64,000 bases of DNA from Myxococcota bacterium (GTDB lineage: Bacteria; Myxococcota_A; UBA9160; UBA4427). The notes beneath the pieces were generated by a model. It saw only the letters and a program-made list of their open reading frames with translations, was not told the DNA's origin and did not search any database. Both the position numbers and the translations under genes were made by a program. Location: positions 328 through 64,327 of the forward strand of contig JAQWRT010000052.1 in the NCBI GenBank assembly GCA_029243605.1, read 5' to 3'. Position 1 is the stretch's first letter; every line of letters begins with the position of its first letter. Shown in pieces: positions 36,574 through 45,739 of this stretch.

Positions 36574-37344
36574 CTAGAAGGCGTCCGAGCGGGTCATGGC
36601 GTCGGCCCCGCCGTCTATGTACCAGATGGAGCCGTGCACGAAGCCCCCGTGGCGGCCAATCATGAAAGCCACGAGTTCCGCGATCTCCTCGGGCTCCCCC
36701 CAGCGACCGACGGGAACCTTGAAGTCCCGAATCGCCTGGCCGATGCCCGGTGTGTCCAGTCCGCCCTGAAGCAGGGGCGTATCGATGGGGCCGGGTGCCA
36801 CCGCGTTAATTCTGACACCAGCGGCTCCCCACTCGGTGGCTCGACGACGAACCGAGACGCCCACCGCGTTCTTGCTGAGCATATAAACCGCCTGCCCCTC
36901 ACAATCCTCATCGGCGATTTTTCGCGCCGCCTCCTCATCACCCGCGAGCATCGCCTGCACCAGAGGGGTCTTGACCGAATCGGGCATCAACTGCGCGCTA
37001 TTCGAGCAGATCACCAACGCCGAGGCCTTTTCGCCCTTCTGGAGGGCCGGAAAGAAACCGTCGAGCAGATCGGCGACGCCAAAATAATTGATCGAAGCCA
37101 CCAGGGCGTTGTTGCCAATATGGCCTCCCACGCCGGCGCACAAAATCGCTCCCTCGAGTCGTCCCTCACAGGCAGCGAGGGTCTCCTCGATGGCGAACTG
37201 GCGTCCCTCTCGGGTCGAAAGGTCGGCCACGACCTCAACGTCGCGCAGGTCAATGCCGATGACCCGGTGGCCGTCGGCCTCCACCCGCTTCCGAATCGCC
37301 GCACCGATCCCCGTCGCACAACCACTGATCGCGTAGGTGCCCAT
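36574..37344 (-). CDS. 3-alpha-hydroxysteroid dehydrogenase / carbonyl reductase-like SDR
   Basis: ISGCATGIGAA...GIDLRDVEVVADLSTREGR and the C-terminal IDGGADAM parallel Comamonas 3alpha-HSD/CR as I recall it. Confidence 0.75.
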   Translation of the reverse strand: MGTYAISGCATGIGAAIRKRVEADGHRVIGIDLRDVEVVADLSTREGRQFAIEETLAACEGRLEGAILCAGVGGHIGNNALVASINYFGVADLLDGFFPALQKGEKASALVICSNSAQLMPDSVKTPLVQAMLAGDEEAARKIADEDCEGQAVYMLSKNAVGVSVRRRATEWGAAGVRINAVAPGPIDTPLLQGGLDTPGIGQAIRDFKVPVGRWGEPEEIAELVAFMIGRHGGFVHGSIWYIDGGADAMTRSDAF

Positions 37345-37582
37345 AGCTCGCCTCTTCCTTTCCGGGAGTACCGAAGCCGCCCGACAAATCCAATTGCTGA
37401 CTATTCCCTGATCGCCCGTTTTTCGGGGACCGGGGGGATGTAACCCAACTCGAAGGACCTGCCCACCCTCAACAACCCGCCCTGGAGCGTTTCCTGGGAG
37501 TCCCGGCTAAGATGCCGACCCGGCCGCCGTGCCGACAACCCCACCCGGCGGGATCCGCCGGAGAAATCGGACCTACCCGCCC

Positions 37583-38917
37583 ATGTCCCTACCGCTGATC
37601 GATCTGAACACGCCCGAGGGGCGGGAAGCCTGGGCGGCGCGGTTCGAGCGCCTGCGAGCCACGGCCTCCCTGGCGAGTCCCGAGGCCGAAATCGTCGGCC
37701 AACTCGTCGAGGACGTGCGCCAGCGGGGCGACGACGCGGTGGTGGAGGCCATGCGTCGATTCACCGACCCCGGCTTTTCGGCCCAGCGCATCCGCGTATC
37801 CTCGGATGAAATGGACCGTGCCCAGGCCGATCTCGACCCGGACCTACGCGCCGCCCTCGAGGCCGCCATCGGAAATGTACGGGCGTACCAGGAACACATC
37901 CGGCCCTCGGACCCGGCCCCCCTCGAACTGGCCGGGGCCGAACTCGGCCTTCGCTTTAATCCCGTGGCGAGCGCCGGCCTCACCGTTCCGGGCGGGGTCG
38001 CCGCCCTCGTTTCCACCCTGGTCATGCTCGCCGTCCCCGCAATCGCGGCCGGGGTCCCCCCGAGCAGCTTGCGCGTGGTGAACCCTCCCCCCACCCCCAG
38101 ACCCGGCCAACAACCCGGGGACATCGCCCCTGAACTCATGGCCTGCTGCCGAATGCTCGGAATCGAAACCCTCTACCGAATCGGGGGCGCCCAGGCCGTC
38201 GCCGCCCTGGCCTTCGGAACCGAAAGCGTCGAGGCCGTGGAGATGATCGCCGGGCCCGGCAATGTCTTCGTGCAACTCGCCAAACAAAGCGTGGCCGGCG
38301 CCTGCGGGACCGACGGCGGGTTCTACGGGCCCAGCGAGATCGTCACCGTCGCCGATGCCAGCGCCGACCCCACCTGCGTGGCCGCCGACCTCATCGCCCA
38401 GGCCGAACACGACCCGGGCAAATGTTTCCTGGTCTCCTGGTCACGCGAGGTCCTCGAGGCCATCGTCGCCGAGGTGGGAGTTCAACTCGCCGAACGCGGC
38501 CGAGTCGAGGCCATCGAGGCTGCCCTGGACACCGAATCCGCCGCTCTCTGGGTACGCGACGAAGACGCCGCGGCACAGGTGGCCGATGCCATCGCCGCCG
38601 AACACGTCAACCTCGCGGTGGAGGACCCGGACGCTTGGCTCGCCCGCTTGAAGAACGGGGGCGAATTCTTTCTCGGCGACCAAACCCCAGTGGCGGCCGG
38701 AGACTATTACGCGGGGCCGAGCCACTGCCTGCCCACAGGCACGACGGCGCGCTTCGCCAGCGGCATCAGCGTCTACACATTCTTGAAACGAAGCGGCACC
38801 GTTCACTATCGCGACGGCCTGCCCGCCGACGCCATCGAAGCGATCGCCCGCCTAGCCGAATTTGAAGGACTGGATGCCCACGCGGCCTCCGCCCGGGTTC
38901 GCGGCAAGCGACGCTAG
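37583..38917 (+). CDS. hisD: histidinol dehydrogenase
   Basis: RRFTDPGF, GPGNVFV, QAEHD and the C-terminal HAASARVR are typical of HisD. I chose ATG 37583 (MSLPLIDL). The ORF opens at 37529. Confidence 0.9.
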   Translation: MSLPLIDLNTPEGREAWAARFERLRATASLASPEAEIVGQLVEDVRQRGDDAVVEAMRRFTDPGFSAQRIRVSSDEMDRAQADLDPDLRAALEAAIGNVRAYQEHIRPSDPAPLELAGAELGLRFNPVASAGLTVPGGVAALVSTLVMLAVPAIAAGVPPSSLRVVNPPPTPRPGQQPGDIAPELMACCRMLGIETLYRIGGAQAVAALAFGTESVEAVEMIAGPGNVFVQLAKQSVAGACGTDGGFYGPSEIVTVADASADPTCVAADLIAQAEHDPGKCFLVSWSREVLEAIVAEVGVQLAERGRVEAIEAALDTESAALWVRDEDAAAQVADAIAAEHVNLAVEDPDAWLARLKNGGEFFLGDQTPVAAGDYYAGPSHCLPTGTTARFASGISVYTFLKRSGTVHYRDGLPADAIEAIARLAEFEGLDAHAASARVRGKRR

Positions 38918-38930
38918 GCTCCGAGATTCG

Positions 38931-40676
38931 TCAAAATGTCGCCGCGACGACCCGGAACTCGATGCCGTGGTCCTGGAGGGCTGTCTCTCCGAACTGCGCC
39001 ACGGCGAGGATTCGGTAGCCGTAGATGAACTCGAAGCGGAAACTTGGCGAGGGCGACCAGACCGCTTCGCCACCGACACTCGCGAGTTGGACGTGGCTGC
39101 TGTTTACCCCGCGATCTGTGGTCCAGGACCGGCCCGAGTCCACGAAGGGCCCTACCCGCAAGACCGTCCGGCCCGAGGGCTCCCGGATCAGGGGAAAGCG
39201 CGCATCGACGCGCAGGGAATAGCCACTGTCGCGCACCTCTTGGTTCTGCCGATAGCCCCGAACACTGGTACTGCCTCCCACTGAGAAACGCTCAAAGGGA
39301 ACCAGCGGATCCAGGGCGATCTGGACGTTTCCACGGACGAGGAAGTCTATCCCACTCCCCTCGAGACGACCCAGCCACTGCCCCTGCCCGAGCCAGGAGA
39401 CGAAATCTGCCCGGTCTATCGGCCCGGAGGTCGCGCCGAGAGCATCGGTTCCGAAATTCCAGGTCGAACGGAACGCAAAGGCTTGATTATCGCCTTGAAC
39501 CACCAATCCCTGGTAGAAACGAAAGACAAAATCCCGGACGTTGCCGTTGGCATCGGCCGCGTCGGAGAAACTCCAAGGGAATCCCCCGGCGGTCGAGCGA
39601 CTCTGGCGCCATTCGGTCCTCAGCCCCGCCTCGACTTCCACCCCATCGGCTTGCCATAGGGGCTGGGACACGGTTAGCCCCGCCGCCATATAGCGCGTCT
39701 TGAAATCGAGAGCCTTGAGGCTCTCCTCCACGATCGACGCCTGGCTATAACGGAAATCGGCACTGAGGGCGGTTCCGTAGCGACCCAGGGGCAGGCCGTA
39801 TTCAAGTTGTAAATCCGTCAGCCCCTCGGACAGCCCGAAGATGGCCCCGACCCGATCTCCCCGCCCCGCCATGGGGTTCAGGAAACCCACAGTGAGGTAG
39901 CCGGCCATCTCTCCGATGGTCGGGGTCAGAATATCCCCCGCCTCGACGCTGGCACTCAAGCGATTGGACTCGCTGACATCCACGAAGAGGATCGCCTCCT
40001 CCCGGCTGAACCCGGGACGAAGGATCGCCTTGAGCGAGCGGATACCCGGATCCGCCTGGAGTCGACGTATCCTGCTCTCCAAGGCAAAAGCGTTCAGGGG
40101 TCGACCGGGCGGCCCCATCAGCCGCTCGCGAAGATACCCTTGGCTGTAGCCCCGATTGCCCTGGATCACCACGTCGGCCAGTCGGCCCTCGACGATCTGG
40201 ACCCGCAGTACGCCTCCCTCGAAGTTCTGATCGGGAAGCACCGCCCGGCTGTTGACGAAACCCGCCGAGACATAGAGTTGTGTCAACTTGGCTTGGAGCG
40301 CTTGGAGCGCCCCACCGTCGAGTTCGCGCCCGACGAAACCCTGTCCAGCGGCTCCCAGACGTTGGGGGGAAAAGACCGTGTTCCCGAGAACAACGATTCG
40401 GTCTACCCGCACACGCAGGGCGCCGGGGATCGCTTGGGCTGGAACGTCCAAGGTTTCGGGCAAATCGACCTCGGCATCCCCGGACGACGGCGGCGGTGCC
40501 GGGGGAAGCGACAGGGGTCGGCTCCCCGGAAAATCGGGAAAGCCCGCCGTCTCCTGGGCCTGAATGGATGGACCCGCCAACAGCCCGAACGCGAAAAGCC
40601 CGCCCACGGCGCATCGACCCACCGCCGCAGCGATCCACATCCCGGGCGGGCGGCCCCCGCTGGCCCCCTCCCTCAC
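38931..40676 (-). CDS. ShlB/FhaC/HecB-family two-partner-secretion outer-membrane transporter (TpsB)
   Basis: Signal peptide, a POTRA region (RVDRIVVLGNTVF...VLRVQIVEGRLADVVIQGN), the conserved L6 motif STSVRGY and a C-terminal aromatic residue (ATF). I chose the GTG at 40676 with a GGGGAGAG SD. ATG 40640 and GTG 40757 are alternatives. Confidence 0.85.
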   Translation of the reverse strand: MREGASGGRPPGMWIAAAVGRCAVGGLFAFGLLAGPSIQAQETAGFPDFPGSRPLSLPPAPPPSSGDAEVDLPETLDVPAQAIPGALRVRVDRIVVLGNTVFSPQRLGAAGQGFVGRELDGGALQALQAKLTQLYVSAGFVNSRAVLPDQNFEGGVLRVQIVEGRLADVVIQGNRGYSQGYLRERLMGPPGRPLNAFALESRIRRLQADPGIRSLKAILRPGFSREEAILFVDVSESNRLSASVEAGDILTPTIGEMAGYLTVGFLNPMAGRGDRVGAIFGLSEGLTDLQLEYGLPLGRYGTALSADFRYSQASIVEESLKALDFKTRYMAAGLTVSQPLWQADGVEVEAGLRTEWRQSRSTAGGFPWSFSDAADANGNVRDFVFRFYQGLVVQGDNQAFAFRSTWNFGTDALGATSGPIDRADFVSWLGQGQWLGRLEGSGIDFLVRGNVQIALDPLVPFERFSVGGSTSVRGYRQNQEVRDSGYSLRVDARFPLIREPSGRTVLRVGPFVDSGRSWTTDRGVNSSHVQLASVGGEAVWSPSPSFRFEFIYGYRILAVAQFGETALQDHGIEFRVVAATF

Positions 40677-40873
40677 GCGGCTCTCCCCGTCGTTTTTCTC
40701 CGGGGCTCCGGCCAATTCCCAAACGCTTCCACCCCGCGAGTATGCCCAACTTGGCACCGACGGGCCGCGCCCTTGAGGCGAGCCCCCAGCGGGCCGCCCT
40801 CCCCCGGATTGCCGATCCGGATCGAGGCCCTACGCTCAGGACTCGTAAAAACAAACCCCCAAGGAGAAAACCC

Positions 40874-41677
40874 ATGGAGAGCCCCAAATTCGAAACCCTG
40901 GAGGTGGGCGTCGATGGCCAACGGGGACACCTGACCCTCGCCCGGCCCCAGCGGCTCAACCCCCTGGGCTCGGATGCCCTGGCCGAAATCGCCGAGGCGG
41001 CGCATTTCCTCGATAGCCACCGAGCGCTCAAAGTCGTGGTGGTCTCGGGCCAGGGACGAGCCTTCTCCGCGGGAGCCGACGTAAGTCGTTTCGGGGAGGC
41101 CGACGCCAATGGCGACCGGGATGCCCGGCACGATGCCGACCTCGGTCGCATCATGGCCGATACCATGGAAAATTTGAACGCGGTCACTGTCGCGCGCATC
41201 CAGGGCCACTGCGTCGGGGGCGGCCTGGTGCTCGCCGCCGCCTGCGACCTGCGCATAGCCGCCTCGGATGTGCGCTTCTCGATTCCCGAGATCGATCTTG
41301 GGATTCCCCTCGCCTGGGGGGGCATTCCCCGGCTGGTGCGCGAGATCGGTCCCGCCCTCACCAAGGAACTCGTCATGACCTGCCGCCCCTTCGGTTCGAG
41401 CGAGGCGCTCTCAGCGGGTTTTCTCAACCGTGTGGTGGCCCCTGAAGCCCTCGACGCGGAGGTCGAGGAGCTGGTCGCGACCTTGGTGGAAAAACCCAAG
41501 CTCGCCCTCTTGTCCACCAAACGCCACACCAACGCGGTGACCGGCGAAATGCTGGGCATGGCCCGGGCCTGGTCCGATGCCGACGGCCTCCTCGCCGGAT
41601 TGAGAGATCCCGAGGGCCGGGGCTCGGCGGCTCGCTACCTCGAGAACCTGCGCGCCCGGCGCAAGGCTCGAGGCTGA
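40874..41677 (+). CDS. enoyl-CoA hydratase/isomerase family protein
   Basis: AAGGAG SD 7 nt upstream. RAFSAGADV and GHCVGGGLVLAAACDLRIA are crotonase motifs. Confidence 0.85.
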   Translation: MESPKFETLEVGVDGQRGHLTLARPQRLNPLGSDALAEIAEAAHFLDSHRALKVVVVSGQGRAFSAGADVSRFGEADANGDRDARHDADLGRIMADTMENLNAVTVARIQGHCVGGGLVLAAACDLRIAASDVRFSIPEIDLGIPLAWGGIPRLVREIGPALTKELVMTCRPFGSSEALSAGFLNRVVAPEALDAEVEELVATLVEKPKLALLSTKRHTNAVTGEMLGMARAWSDADGLLAGLRDPEGRGSAARYLENLRARRKARG

Positions 41678-41696
41678 GCGCACCCAACTCTCTCGC

Positions 41697-42467
41697 CTAG
41701 GCGCGCTCGTCGGGAACCGCCGCGATCACCGGAGCGCGCTTGCGCTTGCCCTCCGGGCGCTCGCATGCGCGCGAAGCGTAATGAACCGAGATCGCACGCC
41801 GAAAATCGGGACTGCGGTTGCGCCCACTCCCATGAATCAACAGGGGATGAAAGAGCAGCGTATCCCCGGGCTCGAGTTCGACGTGGACCCGCCGATCGAG
41901 GTCCGCCCCCATCACCCCGACGAAGCCGCGGTTGACGAATTCCCAGTCCGGCGCGGCGTGTTCCAGCAAGCCCTCGCGATGGCTCCTCGGAATCACGGCA
42001 AGGCAACCGTTGGCGCGATGGGTGCGAGACATCGCAGTCCAGGTCCCAAGCATCCCATCCGCGGGGCGAAGGGAGAAATAACGCAGGTCCTGGTGCATGG
42101 GGTGGCGCCCGTCGACCCCCGGAGGTTTATTGAAAACGTTGCTCGAAAGCGTCTGTAATTCCGGGCCAAGCAAGCTCCTTACGGCCTCGAGAAGCGCGGG
42201 AAAGAGCGCGTAGGCAAAGAGCCTTTCGTCCGCCTCGAAGCTCAGCAGCTTATTCAAACGCTCCACCGGATCCGCCGCCGCCACCGCTCCCCGAGCCACC
42301 ATCACGTCCTGCATCAGAACCATATTCCGGGTGGGTGCAGCCGTCCCCCGGGCAAATTCCAGAAAACGTTCCTCGAAATCCCGAAGATCCTGGGGCGCGA
42401 AGAGCCCCCGGAGGATCAGGTAGCCCTGCTCCCAGTAAAGATCTCTGTCCGAGTCGGCGAGTGACAC
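41697..42467 (-). CDS. phytanoyl-CoA dioxygenase (PhyH) family Fe(II)/2OG oxygenase
   Basis: YWEQGYLILRGLF N-terminus, HxD (HPMHQDLRY) and the distal HGSGRNRS. GTG start. Confidence 0.8.
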   Translation of the reverse strand: MSLADSDRDLYWEQGYLILRGLFAPQDLRDFEERFLEFARGTAAPTRNMVLMQDVMVARGAVAAADPVERLNKLLSFEADERLFAYALFPALLEAVRSLLGPELQTLSSNVFNKPPGVDGRHPMHQDLRYFSLRPADGMLGTWTAMSRTHRANGCLAVIPRSHREGLLEHAAPDWEFVNRGFVGVMGADLDRRVHVELEPGDTLLFHPLLIHGSGRNRSPDFRRAISVHYASRACERPEGKRKRAPVIAAVPDERA

Positions 42468-42609
42468 CCATCAAGCAAAGCGCACTCTCGGACAAAGGGC
42501 CAGACAGCCGACCGGGACGCGTCCTCTGGCGATTTTTTCCGCTGATTGTAGGATCCCCGCTCACGCCACTTAGCAGGGTCTCGGGCTCCCGAGGCCGGGA
42601 GATCGCAGA

Positions 42610-43485
42610 ATGAAGCGGGTACTCATCACAGGCGCCAACTCGGGCATCGGGCGCTCGACGGCCATCGTTCTCGCGGCAAAGGGCTACGAGGTCTTCGCCG
42701 GCATGCGGAACCTCGAGAAGGCGACCAAGCTCCTGCAAGGAGCTGCCGACGCAAATGCCGAACTCAAGCCCGTCGTCCTCGATGTCAACGACGATGCCTC
42801 GGTGCGGGAAGCCGTGGCGTCCATCGAGGCCCAGAGCGGACCGGTGGACATCCTGATCAATAACGCGGGCATCGCGCTCAACGCAGCGGTGGAGGACGTC
42901 GACATCCAAGTGGGCAAGGAAGTCTTCGAGACGAATTTCTGGGGTTTGATCCGCTGCACCCAGGCAGTTCTGCCCGCCATGCGGAAGCAGGGTTCGGGCC
43001 ACGTGGTCAATATCAGTTCCGTGGCCGGACGTATCGCGGCCATCGGTCAGATGGTCTACTCCGCTTCGAAATGGGCGGTGGAGTCCATGAGCGAAAACCT
43101 GGCCCAGGAGGTCGCCCCCTTCGGCATCCGAGTCTCCATCGTCGAGCCCGGCGTCACCCGAACCGCCATCCTGGCCAAGAACATGGGCCACCCGGAACCC
43201 ACCGAGTACGAAACGCCCTACCGCCGGATGCTGCAATTCTACGCTCGCGGCGTTATGGCCAACACCCCCGCCGAAGAGGTTGCCACGGTGATACACGGGG
43301 CCCTGGAAGACCCGAACCCGAAGCTCCGCTATCCGTGCGCCTGGGGCGGAGAAGAACTCTGCTCCGGGCGAACAAAGCTCGACGACGCAGCGTGGGTCGC
43401 ACTCGGAGCCTGCGAGAGCGACGACGAATACTACGCGGCCTTCGAGAAGTGCTTCGGCCTGGACATTCGTCCGGCGAGCGAGTGA
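42610..43485 (+). CDS. SDR family oxidoreductase
   Basis: VLITGANSGIGRS, NNAG and YSASK motifs. GGGAG SD. Confidence 0.85.
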   Translation: MKRVLITGANSGIGRSTAIVLAAKGYEVFAGMRNLEKATKLLQGAADANAELKPVVLDVNDDASVREAVASIEAQSGPVDILINNAGIALNAAVEDVDIQVGKEVFETNFWGLIRCTQAVLPAMRKQGSGHVVNISSVAGRIAAIGQMVYSASKWAVESMSENLAQEVAPFGIRVSIVEPGVTRTAILAKNMGHPEPTEYETPYRRMLQFYARGVMANTPAEEVATVIHGALEDPNPKLRYPCAWGGEELCSGRTKLDDAAWVALGACESDDEYYAAFEKCFGLDIRPASE

Positions 43486-43507
43486 TCCCCGGGCCCGGGG
43501 CGATCGC

Positions 43508-44437
43508 TCAGGAGCCGGCTTCCGCGAAGGGGGGCTTCTCGCCCGCCAACCAAGCGCTCAGCATGGCGTTCACCGTTTCGGGTGCGTCCTGCTGAACCCA
43601 GTGCGATGCGTCGGGGAGGTAGCGGACGACCAGATCTCGCACGAAGGCCTCGGTACCCTCGCTGGTGGCTTTGGTCAGGGCCATATCCTGCTCGCCCCAA
43701 ATAAAGAGCGTGCGCACATCGATCTGAGGCGTCCCGAGCTGCCTTTGCCGCCCGGCTCCCCCGCCCCGAAAGAAGGCGCGGTAGTAGTTGATCATGCCGG
43801 TCGAAGCCCCGGGACGAAGCGCCTCGGTGCGATAGCGATCCAGGATTGACTCCGGAAACCGCTCGGGGTGACAAGCCGTGGCCGCGAAGGCTCGAGACAC
43901 CGCCCGCGCCTTTCTTGCGACCATGATTCTCTCTGGCAAAACAGGTAGTTGAAAGAACATTGCGTACCAGGATCGCAAGAGTTGGCGAGGCCGGCGAAAG
44001 GCCCGCTCCGAGGCGCCTGGATGCGGAACGTTCATGATCACCAGACCAACCAGGGGCCGTACCCGCCGCATCGCAAAATACCACGCAATGATGGCGCCCC
44101 AATCGTGGGCGATGAGCAGAACCTCCCGGGCCCCCGAGGCATCGATCAGCGCGGCCACATCGTCCATCAGGGTTTCGATCGCGTAATCCTCGACCCGAGC
44201 GGGCTTCTCACTCTGCCCGTAGCCCCGTAGGTCTGGCGCCCAGACCCGCCAGCCCAAATCGGCGAGGAGCGGCATCTGGTGCCGCCAGGAAATCCAGTTT
44301 TCGGGAAACCCGTGTAAGCAGAGCGCCAGTCGATCGCCCTCGCCGCATTCGGCGACGTGAAATTTCAGGCCGTTGGCCTGAATCTCCAAATGCCTGAGCC
44401 CTTCGATCTCGAGACTCGTATCCTTCATGGCCGGCAA
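43508..44437 (-). CDS. alpha/beta hydrolase, epoxide-hydrolase-like
   Basis: HGFPENWISWRHQMPLLADLGWRVWAPDLRGYGQSEKP and the nucleophile elbow AHDWGA. Confidence 0.8.
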   Translation of the reverse strand: MPAMKDTSLEIEGLRHLEIQANGLKFHVAECGEGDRLALCLHGFPENWISWRHQMPLLADLGWRVWAPDLRGYGQSEKPARVEDYAIETLMDDVAALIDASGAREVLLIAHDWGAIIAWYFAMRRVRPLVGLVIMNVPHPGASERAFRRPRQLLRSWYAMFFQLPVLPERIMVARKARAVSRAFAATACHPERFPESILDRYRTEALRPGASTGMINYYRAFFRGGGAGRQRQLGTPQIDVRTLFIWGEQDMALTKATSEGTEAFVRDLVVRYLPDASHWVQQDAPETVNAMLSAWLAGEKPPFAEAGS

Positions 44438-44449
44438 ACCCCCTTCGAA

Positions 44450-45571
44450 TCAGCGACGAACCAGCAGCACGCTTCCGATGGAGTAGCCCGCCCCGAATGA
44501 GCAGAGGACGCCCTGGGCTCCCTGGGGTAAATCCGCACTGTATTTATGGAAGGCAATCACCGAGCACGCGCTGCTCGTATTCGCGTATTCGTCCAAGACC
44601 ACCGGGGCTTCACTCTCGCTGGCCTCGCGACCCAGCACTCGTTTGGAAATCAACTGATTCATTCCCAGATTGGCCTGATGGAGCCACATCCTCGAAAGGC
44701 CCTGGGCTGTCCACCCCTCTTCCGCAAGGTGACTCTCGATATGATCGGCCACCTTCGGGCAAACTTCCTTGAAGACCTTTCTTCCGCGCTGGCGGAAGAC
44801 CAACTCGTGGGGCTCTCGACCGGCGTCCTCCGAGGGGTTCATAAAACCGAAATCGTTCCGAATATTATTCGAATAGATGGTCTGAAGTCGCGTGCCCCGA
44901 ATCTCCCAACCCGGACGCGGACTCTCCTCGTCGTCAGCCTCGACCACCACCGCGGTGCAGGCATCGCCGAAGATGAAATGATAATCGCGCAATTCAAAAT
45001 TATTGTGCGCCGAGGTGATCTCGGGATTCACGACTACAACGCATCGTGCCGACCCGCAGCGCACCGCGTCTACTGCCGCTTGAATGCCGAAGGTGGCCGA
45101 AGAACAAGCCACGTTCATGTCATATGCCCAGCCACTTGCTCCCAGTGCGCTCTGAACCTCCACCGAAACCGCAGGATAGGCGCGCTGGAGATTGGAGCAG
45201 GCCACGATCACGGCGTCCACGTCTTCGGGGGCTCGACCCGCCTGGGCCAGGGCCTCCCGGATGGCGACCAGTGAAATTTCGCACTGGATCGAATCTTCGT
45301 CCTCGCTCCGGGTGGGCAGGTGGGGGCGCAGCCGCTTGGGGTCGAGAATGCCCGACTTCTCCACCACGTAGCGGTGATGGACACCCGACGCCCGAACGAT
45401 GAAGCGCTCGTTGGGCGTATCCCTCTCCTCAAGCTCGCCCCGGGCGATCTCTTCGGCGTGCTCGGCGTTCCAGGCCTCCACCGCCTTGGAGAGAGAGGCG
45501 ACGAGCTCTTCATTGGTGATGCCCTCGCTCGGCGTCCAGAGGCCGCTTCCCGTCAAGACTGCTCTTCTCAC
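44450..45571 (-). CDS. beta-ketoacyl-ACP synthase III, PA3286-like long form
   Basis: Collinear over its full length with my recollection of P. aeruginosa PA3286 (VIVACSNLQRAYPA, MNVACSSATFGIQAA, HFIFGDA, WLHQANL, YANTSSA.SVIAFHKY, SFGAGYSIGSV). GTG start with a GAGGAG SD. Confidence 0.85.
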   Translation of the reverse strand: MRRAVLTGSGLWTPSEGITNEELVASLSKAVEAWNAEHAEEIARGELEERDTPNERFIVRASGVHHRYVVEKSGILDPKRLRPHLPTRSEDEDSIQCEISLVAIREALAQAGRAPEDVDAVIVACSNLQRAYPAVSVEVQSALGASGWAYDMNVACSSATFGIQAAVDAVRCGSARCVVVVNPEITSAHNNFELRDYHFIFGDACTAVVVEADDEESPRPGWEIRGTRLQTIYSNNIRNDFGFMNPSEDAGREPHELVFRQRGRKVFKEVCPKVADHIESHLAEEGWTAQGLSRMWLHQANLGMNQLISKRVLGREASESEAPVVLDEYANTSSACSVIAFHKYSADLPQGAQGVLCSFGAGYSIGSVLLVRR

Positions 45572-45704
45572 CGTGCGCTGCTCCTCATGGCTTCACATCC
45601 ACCGCTTCGAGACGGTACGCCCCCCGGGTGAGCTTCGAATGCCTGGGGTCAGGGCGCCAGCCGCAGGCTAGCTCCCGAATCGGTCCGGGCCAATGCCGAA
45701 CTCC

Positions 45705-45732
45705 GGGACAAGGCGCAACGATGGGATAGGAT
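45705..45732 (+). promoter_or_regulatory. candidate promoter GGGACA-N16-TAGGAT ending 7 nt before ATG 45740 (leaderless-type)
   Basis: Read directly. No SD lies before the ATG. Confidence 0.3.
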
Positions 45733-45739
45733 CAGAGCC

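Noticed and set aside
40752-40767. TGGCAC motif upstream of the enoyl-CoA hydratase gene (TGGCACcgacgGGCC), with a similar TGGCGA element at 42527-42542.
   Set aside because: The GC of the -12 element is displaced by one nucleotide relative to the GG. Sigma-54 does not tolerate such spacing changes, so this is probably chance.
40813-40824. Perfect 12-bp palindrome CGATCCGGATCG about 50 nt upstream of the enoyl-CoA hydratase gene.
   Set aside because: Roughly 15 perfect 12-bp palindromes are expected by chance in 64 kb, and no regulator gene is nearby to bind it. I kept it only as a note.
39802-41559. A 585-aa minus-strand ORF spanning the TpsB 5' end and the enoyl-CoA hydratase gene.
   Set aside because: Its composition is Arg/Pro/Ser/Gly-dominated. 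It overlaps two genes that have clear family motifs, in another frame or antisense, and it has no SD. This is a typical shadow ORF of GC-rich DNA.
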